DNA of 32,000 nucleotides from Geobacter sulfurreducens PCA. Lineage in GTDB: Bacteria > Desulfobacterota > Desulfuromonadia > Geobacterales > Geobacteraceae. A program made the translations under genes and the position numbers. Positions 24,447 through 32,000 of the stretch are shown in pieces (the stretch's first letter is position 1; the number at the start of each line of letters is the position of its first letter). Location: contig NC_002939.5 of assembly GCF_000007985.2 (NCBI RefSeq), forward strand, positions 1,530,001 through 1,562,000. Reading direction: 5' to 3'. The notes beneath the pieces are model-generated. The model was given only the letters and a program-made list of their open reading frames with translations, did no database searches and was not told where the DNA came from.

Positions 24447-25229
24447 ATGCCGGTCACGACTCACCTGATTTATTTCTCCCCCACCAGCACCACGAAAATG
24501 ATCGTCGAACAGATTGCCGAGGGCATTGGCGACACGAGTGTTGCACACCATGACCTAACCCGGTTGAAAGGTGGGCTCGATCTGCGGCTTGATGACGGTC
24601 TTGCCGTTATCGGTGTCCCGGTTTACGCGGGGCGGGTGCCGGAAATCTGTCTGGAGCGACTGGGTGGTTTGTCGGCGTCCGGCGTTCCCGCCGTGCTGGT
24701 TGTCCTGTACGGCAACCGCGCGTTCGAGGATGCGCTGATCGAATTGCGGGATGTCGCTGTTGCCAAAGGATTTACGGCGATCGCTGCCGGCGCGTTTATC
24801 GGTGAACATTCGTATTCGACGACTACCCAACCGATTGCCGCCCATCGCCCGGACCCGGCCGACCTGGCAAAGGCGCGGGAGTTCGGATGGCTCATCGCCC
24901 GCCGACTGCGTGCCGGCATCGGTCTGGCAATGCCGGTGATTCCCGGCGACGTGCCCTACAGGGAGCGGCCGCCGCTGGGCGGTGTCGCGCCGGAAACCGA
25001 TCCCGGGCTCTGCACCCTGTGCGGTACCTGCGCCGCCCTGTGTCCTACCTTTGTCATCAAGGTGGATGACAGGGTCCTGACGAGCGCGGAAGGGTGTCTG
25101 AAGTGCTGTGCTTGCACAAAAGGCTGTCCCGCAGGGGCCAGGACGCTGCATCACCCCACGGTTGAAACACGGTGCGAGATGCTGGTCAACCAGTGCAGCG
25201 AGCGGAAAGAGCCGGCATTGTTCCTGTAG
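24447..25229 (+). CDS. Flavodoxin-like domain fused to a 2x[4Fe-4S] ferredoxin domain (EFR1-like)
   Basis: The N-terminus is flavodoxin-like (LIYFSPTSTTKMIV...VIGVPVYAGRVPE). There are two Cys clusters, CTLCGTCAALCP and CLKCCACTKGCP. Confidence 0.8.
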   Translation: MPVTTHLIYFSPTSTTKMIVEQIAEGIGDTSVAHHDLTRLKGGLDLRLDDGLAVIGVPVYAGRVPEICLERLGGLSASGVPAVLVVLYGNRAFEDALIELRDVAVAKGFTAIAAGAFIGEHSYSTTTQPIAAHRPDPADLAKAREFGWLIARRLRAGIGLAMPVIPGDVPYRERPPLGGVAPETDPGLCTLCGTCAALCPTFVIKVDDRVLTSAEGCLKCCACTKGCPAGARTLHHPTVETRCEMLVNQCSERKEPALFL

Positions 25230-25311
25230 GGGGTGCAGCAGGTCCGGATCAGGGCCTTTCGCATGCGGTGGTTCTGACCACGCAGTAATGTGTGGTAACC
25301 AGAAAGAAAAA

Positions 25312-25338
25312 GGGGTCAGCACCACAGTTGCTGACCCC
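25312..25338. terminator. Bidirectional rho-independent terminator
   Basis: A 9-bp GC-rich stem (GGGGTCAGC at 25312-25320, GCTGACCCC at 25330-25338) is flanked by TTGTTTTT on the plus strand and TTTTTCTTTCT on the minus strand. It lies between the convergent ferredoxin-like CDS and tRNA-Leu. Confidence 0.8.
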
Positions 25339-25347
25339 TTGTTTTTA

Positions 25348-25434
25348 TGGTGCCGAAGACTGGACTCGAACCAGCACACGGTTGCCCGCACAAGATCCTG
25401 AATCTTGCGTGTCTACCAATTCCACCACTTCGGC
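25348..25434 (-). tRNA. tRNA-Leu (anticodon CAG), 87 nt with a long variable arm and encoded CCA
   Basis: Hand-folded cloverleaf: acceptor GCCGAAG/CUUCGGC, anticodon stem CAAGA/UCUUG with loop UUCAGGA, a 16-nt variable arm, T-arm GCUGG-UUCGAGU-CCAGU, discriminator A, and CCA. Confidence 0.93.
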
Positions 25435-25446
25435 GTTGGACTTGAA

Positions 25447-25475
25447 CTTATAGCACCCCCCATTCAGGTTTGCAA
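25447..25475 (-). promoter_or_regulatory. Putative sigma70 promoter for tRNA-Leu
   Basis: On the minus strand: TTGCAA (25470-25475), a 17-nt spacer, TATAAG (25447-25452), about 12 nt upstream of the mature 5' end. Confidence 0.5.
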
Positions 25476-25517
25476 GCACTTTTTTCGAGTGTGACGCTTC
25501 GCCGCCCTTACTCACCA

Positions 25518-25943
25518 TCACTTGCCGATTGAGTCTGCGTTCAATACTTCATGAAGTGCGGCAAAGAGATGCGGGAAGTTGAACGGCTTACCGAAGACCT
25601 GTCGGATGCCGGCCGATTGCGCCTGGGCCTGGATGCCGGGGTAGATGTGGCCCGTGCCCATGAAAACCGTTAGTTCCGGCTTGAGACGACGGGCCCGGTG
25701 TGCCAGCTCGAAACCGTTCATGAGCGGCATGTTCTGGTCGGTGATCATGACGGCGCACGTATTGTTCGCGAGCAGTTCCAGTGCTTGGGAGCCATTCTCC
25801 GCGCAGATAACGTCGATGCCCTCGTTTTCGAGAACGAGCCTCACGAAAATGAGAATATCGCGATCATCGTCCACAACAAGTACGCGAGCCCTCGCAGGCG
25901 CCGCAAGATGGCGGCTGCCCATCAGCAGTTTATTGTGTTTCAT
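25518..25943 (-). CDS. Single-domain response regulator (receiver only)
   Basis: It has VLVVDDDRDILIF, ITDQNMPLMNG and GKPF. ATG 25943 has the SD GGAGA at 6 nt. The ORF-track start at 25964 is also possible. Confidence 0.85.
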   Translation of the reverse strand: MKHNKLLMGSRHLAAPARARVLVVDDDRDILIFVRLVLENEGIDVICAENGSQALELLANNTCAVMITDQNMPLMNGFELAHRARRLKPELTVFMGTGHIYPGIQAQAQSAGIRQVFGKPFNFPHLFAALHEVLNADSIGK

Positions 25944-26280
25944 GGGGGTCTCCATTGCCGGCACTGGGGGCCGACTCCATGGGTGCGTTGTGGATGACGG
26001 GGACCGGTTCTTTCAGGCGATACCCGACTCCGATTGTGGCGACAGGGGGTCCGTGGAGCTGAATCAGTCCCAGCTCTTCGAGCCTCCTGCACATGAATGT
26101 CAGTCGTCCGGGCGGATGGATCGGGCCAAGCGCCTCCTCAATGACACTGTACGGAAGGAGTCCACGTCCGTTGGTGCCGGCCGCTGCCAGAAAAAGCACA
26201 TACAGCCTGAAATCGCCTCCGGAGAGGAGGGCATTGGTGCCCGTCTCATACAAGGCCTTGAGCAGGAAGCGTTTGTCCAC
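25930..26280 (-). CDS. Hypothetical protein, possibly winged-helix-like (116 aa)
   Basis: GTG at 26280 has the SD GGAGG at 4 nt. The ORF overlaps the downstream receiver gene by 14 nt. The region has lower GC than its surroundings. I recognise no family, and whether it is coding is moderately uncertain. Confidence 0.4.
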   Translation of the reverse strand: MDKRFLLKALYETGTNALLSGGDFRLYVLFLAAAGTNGRGLLPYSVIEEALGPIHPPGRLTFMCRRLEELGLIQLHGPPVATIGVGYRLKEPVPVIHNAPMESAPSAGNGDPHETQ

Positions 26281-26373
26281 GATACCTCCGGATATGGCGA
26301 TTGAAGTGATGATGTGATAAATAATCCTTAATGTCAATGACAAATACGACTGATAGTCATATTGTTAATCGCA

Positions 26374-26403
26374 TTGACACATGGGGGTGAAAGGGGGTAT
26401 ATC
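26374..26403 (+). promoter_or_regulatory. Putative sigma70 promoter for the XRE-tlyA-nuclease operon
   Basis: TTGACA (26374-26379), an 18-nt spacer, then TATATC (26398-26403), in an AT-richer divergent intergenic region. Confidence 0.4.
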
Positions 26404-26490
26404 AAACGTGCGTCAGGGTGTGCATAAACCCGCGTCTGGTCGGAATTCTCCGTGGGTTCCAGTACCTGATCGAGCCGCTGGGAGTTGCCG

Positions 26491-26919
26491 TTGAACTGTA
26501 ATATAGGACATGCGCTGAAAAGGCTTAGAAGCGAGCGTGGGCTGACCCAGAAGGATCTGGCGGCGCTGGTGAGTGGTGGCCTCGACTATACCTATATCGG
26601 TAAGATCGAGCGAGGCGAGCAGCTGCCGTCGTTGAAGATTCTGATCGGCATAAGCGAGGCACTCGGTGTGCCCGTGGGCATCTTCTTCGGAGGCGAGTCG
26701 GCTGCCGAGGCTGCGCGGCTTCGGGTGGTCCAGGCCGGTAAGGCGGGGGAGCTGGAGAAGGAACTGCGCGTGCTCCATCCGGACGACCTGCCCCTTGTGG
26801 TTGAAATTGTCCGTCTGCTCAACCGGCATCGGAGGGCGGAACGGAAAAAAGCATATCAAACGCCGGCGGGTTCTCTTCCGCTGGCCGCCGAGGACGGCCC
26901 CTCGTACAGCAAGCCGTAG
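26491..26919 (+). CDS. XRE-family helix-turn-helix transcriptional regulator
   Basis: It has an HTH_3-type N-terminus (IGHALKRLRSERGLTQKDLAALVSGGLDYTYIGKIERGEQLPSLKILIGISEALGV). There is no ATG start. TTG 26491 lies 6 nt after GGGAG; TTG 26485 is the alternative. Confidence 0.8.
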   Translation: MNCNIGHALKRLRSERGLTQKDLAALVSGGLDYTYIGKIERGEQLPSLKILIGISEALGVPVGIFFGGESAAEAARLRVVQAGKAGELEKELRVLHPDDLPLVVEIVRLLNRHRRAERKKAYQTPAGSLPLAAEDGPSYSKP

Positions 26920-26930
26920 AATTTCAGCCC

Positions 26931-27722
26931 ATGACAGCCTCATCAACGTTGAACACCGCAAAAAGCAGGGAGCGCCTCGACAAGCTTCTGGTCGACCGGG
27001 GGCTTGTCCAGTCGCGGGAACGAGCCCGTGCGCTCATCATGGCCGGTCAGGTGGTGGTGAACGATCACCTGGCGGATAAGGCCGGGCTCCAGGTTCCGGT
27101 GGAAGCCGAAATCCGGCTCAAGGGGGAGGACATTCCTTTTGTGAGCCGGGGTGGCCTTAAGCTCGCGAGGGCATTGGAGGAGTTCGGTATCGATGTCGCG
27201 GACATGACCGCCATTGACGTGGGTGCTTCCACCGGCGGCTTCACCGACTGCCTGCTCCAGCGCGGTGCCCGGAAGGTCTATGCCGTTGACGTGGGGTACG
27301 GTCAACTGGCCTGGAAGCTGCGCCAGGACTCGCGCGTGGTGAATCTGGAAAAGACGAACATCCGCTATCTGGAACCCGGCGCTCTGCCGGAGACACCCGG
27401 CTTGGCAGTGATCGATGCGTCCTTCATTTCACTCGACAAGGTCCTGCCCTCCACCCTGCGCCTTATCGGGGAAGAGGGTGTCATTGTCGCCCTCATCAAA
27501 CCCCAGTTCGAGGTGGGACGGGGAGAGGTCGGCAAGGGCGGCGTGGTGCGCGACGAGGAGAAGCACCGCCGGGTGATTGCCGACGTCGTGGCCCTTGCAG
27601 AAGGATTGGGCCTGATGGTTCTCGGCGTTACCGAGTCTCCCATTCTCGGGCCCAAGGGAAATCGTGAGTTTCTGATCCACCTTAAAAAGGCGGTTGGGGA
27701 GACCCCGCCCCATAACCGGTAA
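26931..27722 (+). CDS. tlyA: TlyA-family rRNA 2'-O-methyltransferase (hemolysin A-like; S4 plus FtsJ domains)
   Basis: It has the S4 motif (RLDKLLVDRGLVQSRERARALIMAGQVVVN) and a SAM-binding motif (DVGASTGGFTDCLLQRGARKVYAVDVGYGQL). Confidence 0.9.
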   Translation: MTASSTLNTAKSRERLDKLLVDRGLVQSRERARALIMAGQVVVNDHLADKAGLQVPVEAEIRLKGEDIPFVSRGGLKLARALEEFGIDVADMTAIDVGASTGGFTDCLLQRGARKVYAVDVGYGQLAWKLRQDSRVVNLEKTNIRYLEPGALPETPGLAVIDASFISLDKVLPSTLRLIGEEGVIVALIKPQFEVGRGEVGKGGVVRDEEKHRRVIADVVALAEGLGLMVLGVTESPILGPKGNREFLIHLKKAVGETPPHNR

Positions 27723-27735
27723 TCCGACATCAGCC

Positions 27736-28866
27736 ATGCCCATCCGATTCCTCCATACCGCCGACCTGCATCTCGACTCGCCCCTGCGCACGTTCGGCGA
27801 CCTTGCCCGTGAGCGCCGTCGCGACTTCCTGAAGACCTTCGACCGGATCGTAAATCTTGCCATCAAGCGAGAGGTGGACTGCATCCTGATAGCAGGTGAC
27901 CTGTTCGACTCCACATCGGTTGGCGCCGAAACGGTGGGGCGCGTGCAGGATGCCTTTTCCCGGCTGGCGGGGCGTGGGGTGCAGGTCGTCCTGATCCCCG
28001 GCACCCACGACAACATCATCTCGGCGGAGAGTGTCTACAGCCGCTACCAGTTTACTGGCGTTCATATTCTACGCGAACCGGCGGTGGATGAGCCGTTGCG
28101 GCTGGACATTCGTGGCGAGGCAGTGTTTTTCTACGGTTTTGCCTATCGCTCGGACCGTTCGCGGGAAGCCCTCGAATCCATGCGTCGCCGCTCCGGCGAC
28201 GGCATCCATGTGGGACTTCTGCACGGCTCCCTCAAGGGAAATCCCGAGTGGGAGATGCGCAAGAAGGACATTCCCTTTTCCGTGGCCGATCTGGTCGCGC
28301 TCGACCTGGACTACATCGCGCTCGGCCACTACCATGACGCCGCCTGCCTGGAAGAGGGGGGGCGCGTCATTGCCTGTTATCCCGGCTCGCCGGAGGGGAA
28401 AAAGTTCGGCGAGAACGGTCCGCGTTACGCCTTGATCGTGGAGGTGGCGCCGGGCAATGCCTCGGTTGAACGGGTCGAGGTGCAGACGCGGATCATCCGG
28501 GAGTTCAACGTCGACGCCTCGCTCTTTGCCGAGCCGGCGGCCCTTGAAGCGGAACTGGCACGTCTTGGCACTTCCGATACCGTCGGGCGCATCAGGCTGT
28601 GCGGGACCGTGGAAGAACCCCTGGACACGGCCAATCTGTCCGGGCGGGTCAAAGGGAACTTCGCCTGGCTCGAGCTGGTGGACGAAACCGATCTTTACAA
28701 TAGCGGTCATGTGAAGCGGATGGAGCGGGAGGACTCGATCCGGGGCCTTTTCATCCGCAAGATCCATGAACGATACGACGCAGCAGGTTCCGACGCCGAA
28801 CGCGAACTGTGCCGCGACGCCCTCAGGCTCGTCATGGGGCGGTTCAGTCGTGGAGGGGGGAATTGA
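27736..28866 (+). CDS. Mre11/SbcD-like calcineurin-fold DNA repair exonuclease (YhaO-like)
   Basis: It has the metallophosphoesterase motifs FLHTADLHLD, LIAGDLFD, IPGTHDN and ALGHYH. Its stop overlaps the next gene's ATG (TGATG at 28864-28868). Confidence 0.85.
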   Translation: MPIRFLHTADLHLDSPLRTFGDLARERRRDFLKTFDRIVNLAIKREVDCILIAGDLFDSTSVGAETVGRVQDAFSRLAGRGVQVVLIPGTHDNIISAESVYSRYQFTGVHILREPAVDEPLRLDIRGEAVFFYGFAYRSDRSREALESMRRRSGDGIHVGLLHGSLKGNPEWEMRKKDIPFSVADLVALDLDYIALGHYHDAACLEEGGRVIACYPGSPEGKKFGENGPRYALIVEVAPGNASVERVEVQTRIIREFNVDASLFAEPAALEAELARLGTSDTVGRIRLCGTVEEPLDTANLSGRVKGNFAWLELVDETDLYNSGHVKRMEREDSIRGLFIRKIHERYDAAGSDAERELCRDALRLVMGRFSRGGGN

Positions 28867-31040
28867 TGCTCTGGATCAGTCGGGTCGAACTCCCCGCATT
28901 CGGCCGGTTCAGGGGGGCGTCGTTCACCTTCAGGCCGGGCATGAACCTGGTTTACGGCCGCAACGAGGCGGGCAAGTCGACGCTTGTGTCGGCAATTTCC
29001 GGAACCATCTTCGGTTTTCGCAAGGAGCGCGATCGTTTCGTGCCCTGGACAGGCGGCGAACGGTGTGAGGCTCGGGTGAGTTTCACTTACAACGGCCGTG
29101 AAATGACCATTGCCCGCGACTTTCTCTCCGACCGCGTTCAAGCGATAGAGCGCGACGGGGAGAGGACCCTCTGGCGTTTCGAAGGCAAGGTTTCCCCCCT
29201 GGGCAGAAGCAGCGAGCGCGAGGAATACCTGGCGAAGATTGAAGACGTGTGGGGATTTGCGGAAGGGGACATTTTCCGCAATTCAGTCTACGTTGGGCAG
29301 CGCGACCTGCGGATCGAGGGCGATGCGGGGCTGACCACCCGCATCAAGCAGCTCCTGTCGGGATTTGCCGAACTCGATTACGATGCGGTGGTGGAGAGCC
29401 TGGAGAAGGAACTGTTCGAGTTGACCAAGCGCCCCGGCGGTCGTTCGCGAGACCGGGAGCTGGAAGAGGTTCGTGCGCGTATGGCAGTCCTGGCCGAGCA
29501 ATGGCGCGAGGCGAGCCGTGCCGTGTCGGAGCTTGCAGCCCTGGATGGGACGTTGGCCGAGTTGCGGACCGCCGTGGCAACGGGACGAGAGGATCTGGAA
29601 AAGGGAAAGCGTTATCTGGAGCGGGTGAGCAGATATCACGAGGCTGCCGCCCGGGAAGAGGCGCTTCGCAAGGATTATGACCGCATCCGGGCTGAACGGG
29701 AAAAGGTTGAGGCGCTCACGGCAAAGAGACAATCGGTTGAAGAGCGGCTTGCATCCCTGGGCGAGGCGGCAGGACTTCCCGACGGGTTTGCCAGGACCCT
29801 GGAAGCGTGGGTAGACGGCTCGGAGCGGTTGACGGCGCTTGAGAGGGAGCTGGCGGGCCTGAGCGCCGACCGGACGCACGCCGGCTCCGTCCTGCAGGTG
29901 CCGATGCTGATCCTGGCTCTCCTGCTTTGGGCGGGCGCTACGGGGGCGTGGTTTTTGCTGCCCCAGGCATGGTTGCCCCTTGCCGGGGGCGCCCTCGTCA
30001 TCACGGTGTTCCTTTTTGTGCGAACCGTGCGCGCCGGTCAGGCTCGATCAGCCGAGATGGCCCGCATTCAGGGGCGCATCGACGGTCTCTCCGCCGATGC
30101 GGTCAGGCTCCGGGAAGAGCTCGACCGGACCGAGGCTGAGCTGGAAAAGCGGCTGGGAACATTCGATCCTCTGCGGGTCAGCGATATTCTGCGCGAAATT
30201 GACCGCGCCGCGGAGGTGAGGGGGGAATTGGCCCGGATAGAGAGTGCCCTTGGGGTCCTTCCGCCACTGGAGAGCATAAGGAGCCAGGAGGTTGAGCTGG
30301 CCCGGGAACTGGCCGTGACCCGTGAAGGCATGGAGACTCTTATCGGGCGGGGCTTCCCGGTCATGTCCCCCCGTGAGTACGCTGAGGCCGAGGAGAAGAT
30401 GCGGCGGCTGGAGAGCGAGGTGGCCGAAAAAGAAAGACTCTGCCTCGCCAAGGAGCAGGAATTGGCGGTTATGCGCCGGGGGAGCCTTAACCTGGAGGCC
30501 ATTGCGGAAGAGGACGAGGAACTGAAGTCCCGCGAAACCCGCCTTGTGCGTCGGGTGGAGGCGCTACGGCTCGCGGTCGACCTCCTGCGCGAGACCCTTG
30601 ACGAGTATCGGGCCACTTATCTGTCGCGCCTCGGCAGCGAGATCAACGGAAAGCTGTACAATCTCACTGCCGGCAGATACCGCGAGGCGATTCTGGATGA
30701 CGGTTTTGCGCTGTCCATCGGCGTCGAAGGGACTCCTCGCCCGGTGGGCGCCCTGAGCTGCGGCGCCCAGGATCAGGCCTATCTCGCCACTCGGCTCGCT
30801 CTTGGCGGAATCCTTTCCCGTAGCCGAAAATTGCCTTTTCTTCTCGACGACCCTTTGGTACATTTCGACGAAGAGCGCAGGGCCGCGGCTCTGGCGGCGC
30901 TTAACGTCGCAGCCTCCGATCACCAGGTAATCCTCCTGGTCCACGATGAACGCTACCTGAAGGCACGGGGGGCGGATCTCTGGCACCGGGTCAAGATCGA
31001 CACGAAAGGACAGCAGGATGGACAGCTGCATCTTCTGTAA
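28866..31040 (+). CDS. SMC/Rad50/SbcC-like AAA ATPase with long coiled coils and a central hydrophobic hairpin (YhaN/SbcE-like)
   Basis: It has Walker A (GRNEAGKSTL), the signature LSCGAQDQ and Walker B (LPFLLDDPLVHFD). A Glu/Arg/Leu/Ala-rich coiled coil is interrupted by VPMLILALLLWAGATGAWFLLPQAWLPLAGGALVITVFLFV. Confidence 0.85.
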   Translation: MLWISRVELPAFGRFRGASFTFRPGMNLVYGRNEAGKSTLVSAISGTIFGFRKERDRFVPWTGGERCEARVSFTYNGREMTIARDFLSDRVQAIERDGERTLWRFEGKVSPLGRSSEREEYLAKIEDVWGFAEGDIFRNSVYVGQRDLRIEGDAGLTTRIKQLLSGFAELDYDAVVESLEKELFELTKRPGGRSRDRELEEVRARMAVLAEQWREASRAVSELAALDGTLAELRTAVATGREDLEKGKRYLERVSRYHEAAAREEALRKDYDRIRAEREKVEALTAKRQSVEERLASLGEAAGLPDGFARTLEAWVDGSERLTALERELAGLSADRTHAGSVLQVPMLILALLLWAGATGAWFLLPQAWLPLAGGALVITVFLFVRTVRAGQARSAEMARIQGRIDGLSADAVRLREELDRTEAELEKRLGTFDPLRVSDILREIDRAAEVRGELARIESALGVLPPLESIRSQEVELARELAVTREGMETLIGRGFPVMSPREYAEAEEKMRRLESEVAEKERLCLAKEQELAVMRRGSLNLEAIAEEDEELKSRETRLVRRVEALRLAVDLLRETLDEYRATYLSRLGSEINGKLYNLTAGRYREAILDDGFALSIGVEGTPRPVGALSCGAQDQAYLATRLALGGILSRSRKLPFLLDDPLVHFDEERRAAALAALNVAASDHQVILLVHDERYLKARGADLWHRVKIDTKGQQDGQLHLL

Positions 31041-31362
31041 GATTGTCGACGGGACGATCCCCGCGAAAAAAGTATATGAAGATGAGGATATGGTCGCCAT
31101 TGAAGATATCAATCCCGTGGCCCCCCATCACCTTCTCCTGATACCGAAAAAGCACGTGGTCAATGCCCTTGACCTTACCCCGGAGGATGACCGGCTCGTG
31201 GGCCGCGTGTTCCGTGTTGCCGCGGAAATCGCCCGCCAGCGTGGCGTCGACGAGCGGGGCTTCAGGATTGTTCAGAATTCCAATGCCGACGCCGGGCAGT
31301 CGGTCTTCCACATTCACTTTCATCTTCTGGCCGGCCGCCACCTGGGATGGCCGCCGGGATAG
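31018..31362 (+). CDS. HIT-family (Hint-like) nucleotide hydrolase
   Basis: It has CIFCKI, the histidine triad HIHFHLLAG and a length of 114 aa. It overlaps the upstream ATPase gene by 23 nt. Confidence 0.9.
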   Translation: MDSCIFCKIVDGTIPAKKVYEDEDMVAIEDINPVAPHHLLLIPKKHVVNALDLTPEDDRLVGRVFRVAAEIARQRGVDERGFRIVQNSNADAGQSVFHIHFHLLAGRHLGWPPG

Positions 31363-31386
31363 CGTTCCACGAGAGGGGGACAATTG

Positions 31387-31950
31387 ATGAAAAGCATAAT
31401 GGTGCTGCTCCTTGTCGCTGTTCTGGTCCAGCCGGCCTTGGGTGAGACCTACCGATGGATAGATGAGCGGGGAACCGTGAATTTCACTGAGGATCCAGGC
31501 AAGGTCCCCAAAAAGTTCCGCAAGAAGATGACGGTCATCTCCGATCCCGGTTCCGTGGCGCCCGAGTTTACCGAATCGGTGGAGGAGGGCGCACAGCTGA
31601 AGGCGCCGGCGGAAGGGCAGGGTACTCCGTCGCAGGGGACGTCCGAGCCGCAGGAAAAACAGGCTCAGCAGCCCGAGAAAGTGAAAAAGCCGGTTTACGG
31701 CGGCAAGTCGGAGGACGTCTGGAAGGCTGAATTCGGCAGGCTCAGGAACGATATTCAACTCTACGAGAATGAACTCGCCGACCGGAAGGCAAAGCTGGCC
31801 AATCCCACCAAAATGAGCCGCGGCGAATACCTGGGAACTCAGACTGAAGTGAAGCGGATCGAGGAAAAACTGGCTGGACTCAGGGAGAAACTTGCGATTC
31901 TGAAAGAGAGCGCCGCCAAGGCGGGGGTCCCGTTGGAGTTGCGTAAATAG
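31387..31950 (+). CDS. Secreted DUF4124-domain protein with a C-terminal coiled coil
   Basis: A signal peptide (MKSIMVLLLVAVLVQPALG) is followed by the DUF4124 signature YRWIDERGTVNFTEDP. ATG 31387 lies 6 nt after GAGAGGGGGA. The ORF-track start is the TTG at 31384. Confidence 0.75.
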   Translation: MKSIMVLLLVAVLVQPALGETYRWIDERGTVNFTEDPGKVPKKFRKKMTVISDPGSVAPEFTESVEEGAQLKAPAEGQGTPSQGTSEPQEKQAQQPEKVKKPVYGGKSEDVWKAEFGRLRNDIQLYENELADRKAKLANPTKMSRGEYLGTQTEVKRIEEKLAGLREKLAILKESAAKAGVPLELRK

Positions 31951-32000
31951 ACAACCCACGCCCAGGCCCGTGTGGTGACAGTTACTTCATATTAGAAAAG

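Noticed and set aside
25348-25434. Given the nearby selenoprotein, I considered that the long-variable-arm tRNA might be tRNA-Sec (selC).
   Set aside because: The anticodon loop reads UUCAGGA, giving anticodon CAG rather than UCA. The acceptor stem is 7 bp and the T and D arms are standard for tRNA-Leu.

Overview
This is a high-GC, gene-dense chromosomal segment that looks deltaproteobacterial, Geobacter-like. That attribution rests on gene content and my recollection of the OmpB locus, not on a search. From left to right the window contains the following. (1) The trailer end of a type I-E CRISPR array: nine 29-bp repeats, with a degenerate last repeat. The array runs off the left edge and no cas genes are in the window. 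(2) A minus-strand copper/cytochrome cluster: SCO1-like chaperone, a c-type cytochrome fused to a periplasmic binding-protein domain, two small secreted proteins, and a 1300-aa OmpB-like multicopper oxidase. (3) A diguanylate cyclase-corA pair. (4) Housekeeping genes dnaE, accA and rluB. (5) A radical SAM gene. (6) A tightly coupled eight-gene minus-strand operon: NifX-like, DUF302, ACR3-like permease, DUF134 regulator, IscU-like, Mrp/ApbC, a hidden selenoprotein, and an 83-aa orphan. (7) A multi-PAS hybrid histidine kinase, a receiver protein and a flavodoxin/ferredoxin-like protein. (8) tRNA-Leu(CAG). (9) A lower-GC islet with a small wHTH-like ORF and a receiver. (10) An XRE-tlyA-Mre11-like-SMC-like-HIT-DUF4124 plus-strand string. 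The most interesting item is a SelW/Rdx-family selenoprotein gene (17083..17328, minus strand) that the ORF track cannot show. It has an in-frame UGA in a CxxU motif, followed by a SECIS-like hairpin with a GGUCU loop. It sits inside an Fe-S/metallocluster-type operon whose promoter overlaps a perfect 16-bp palindrome. Most long ORFs antisense to real genes are high-GC artefacts.
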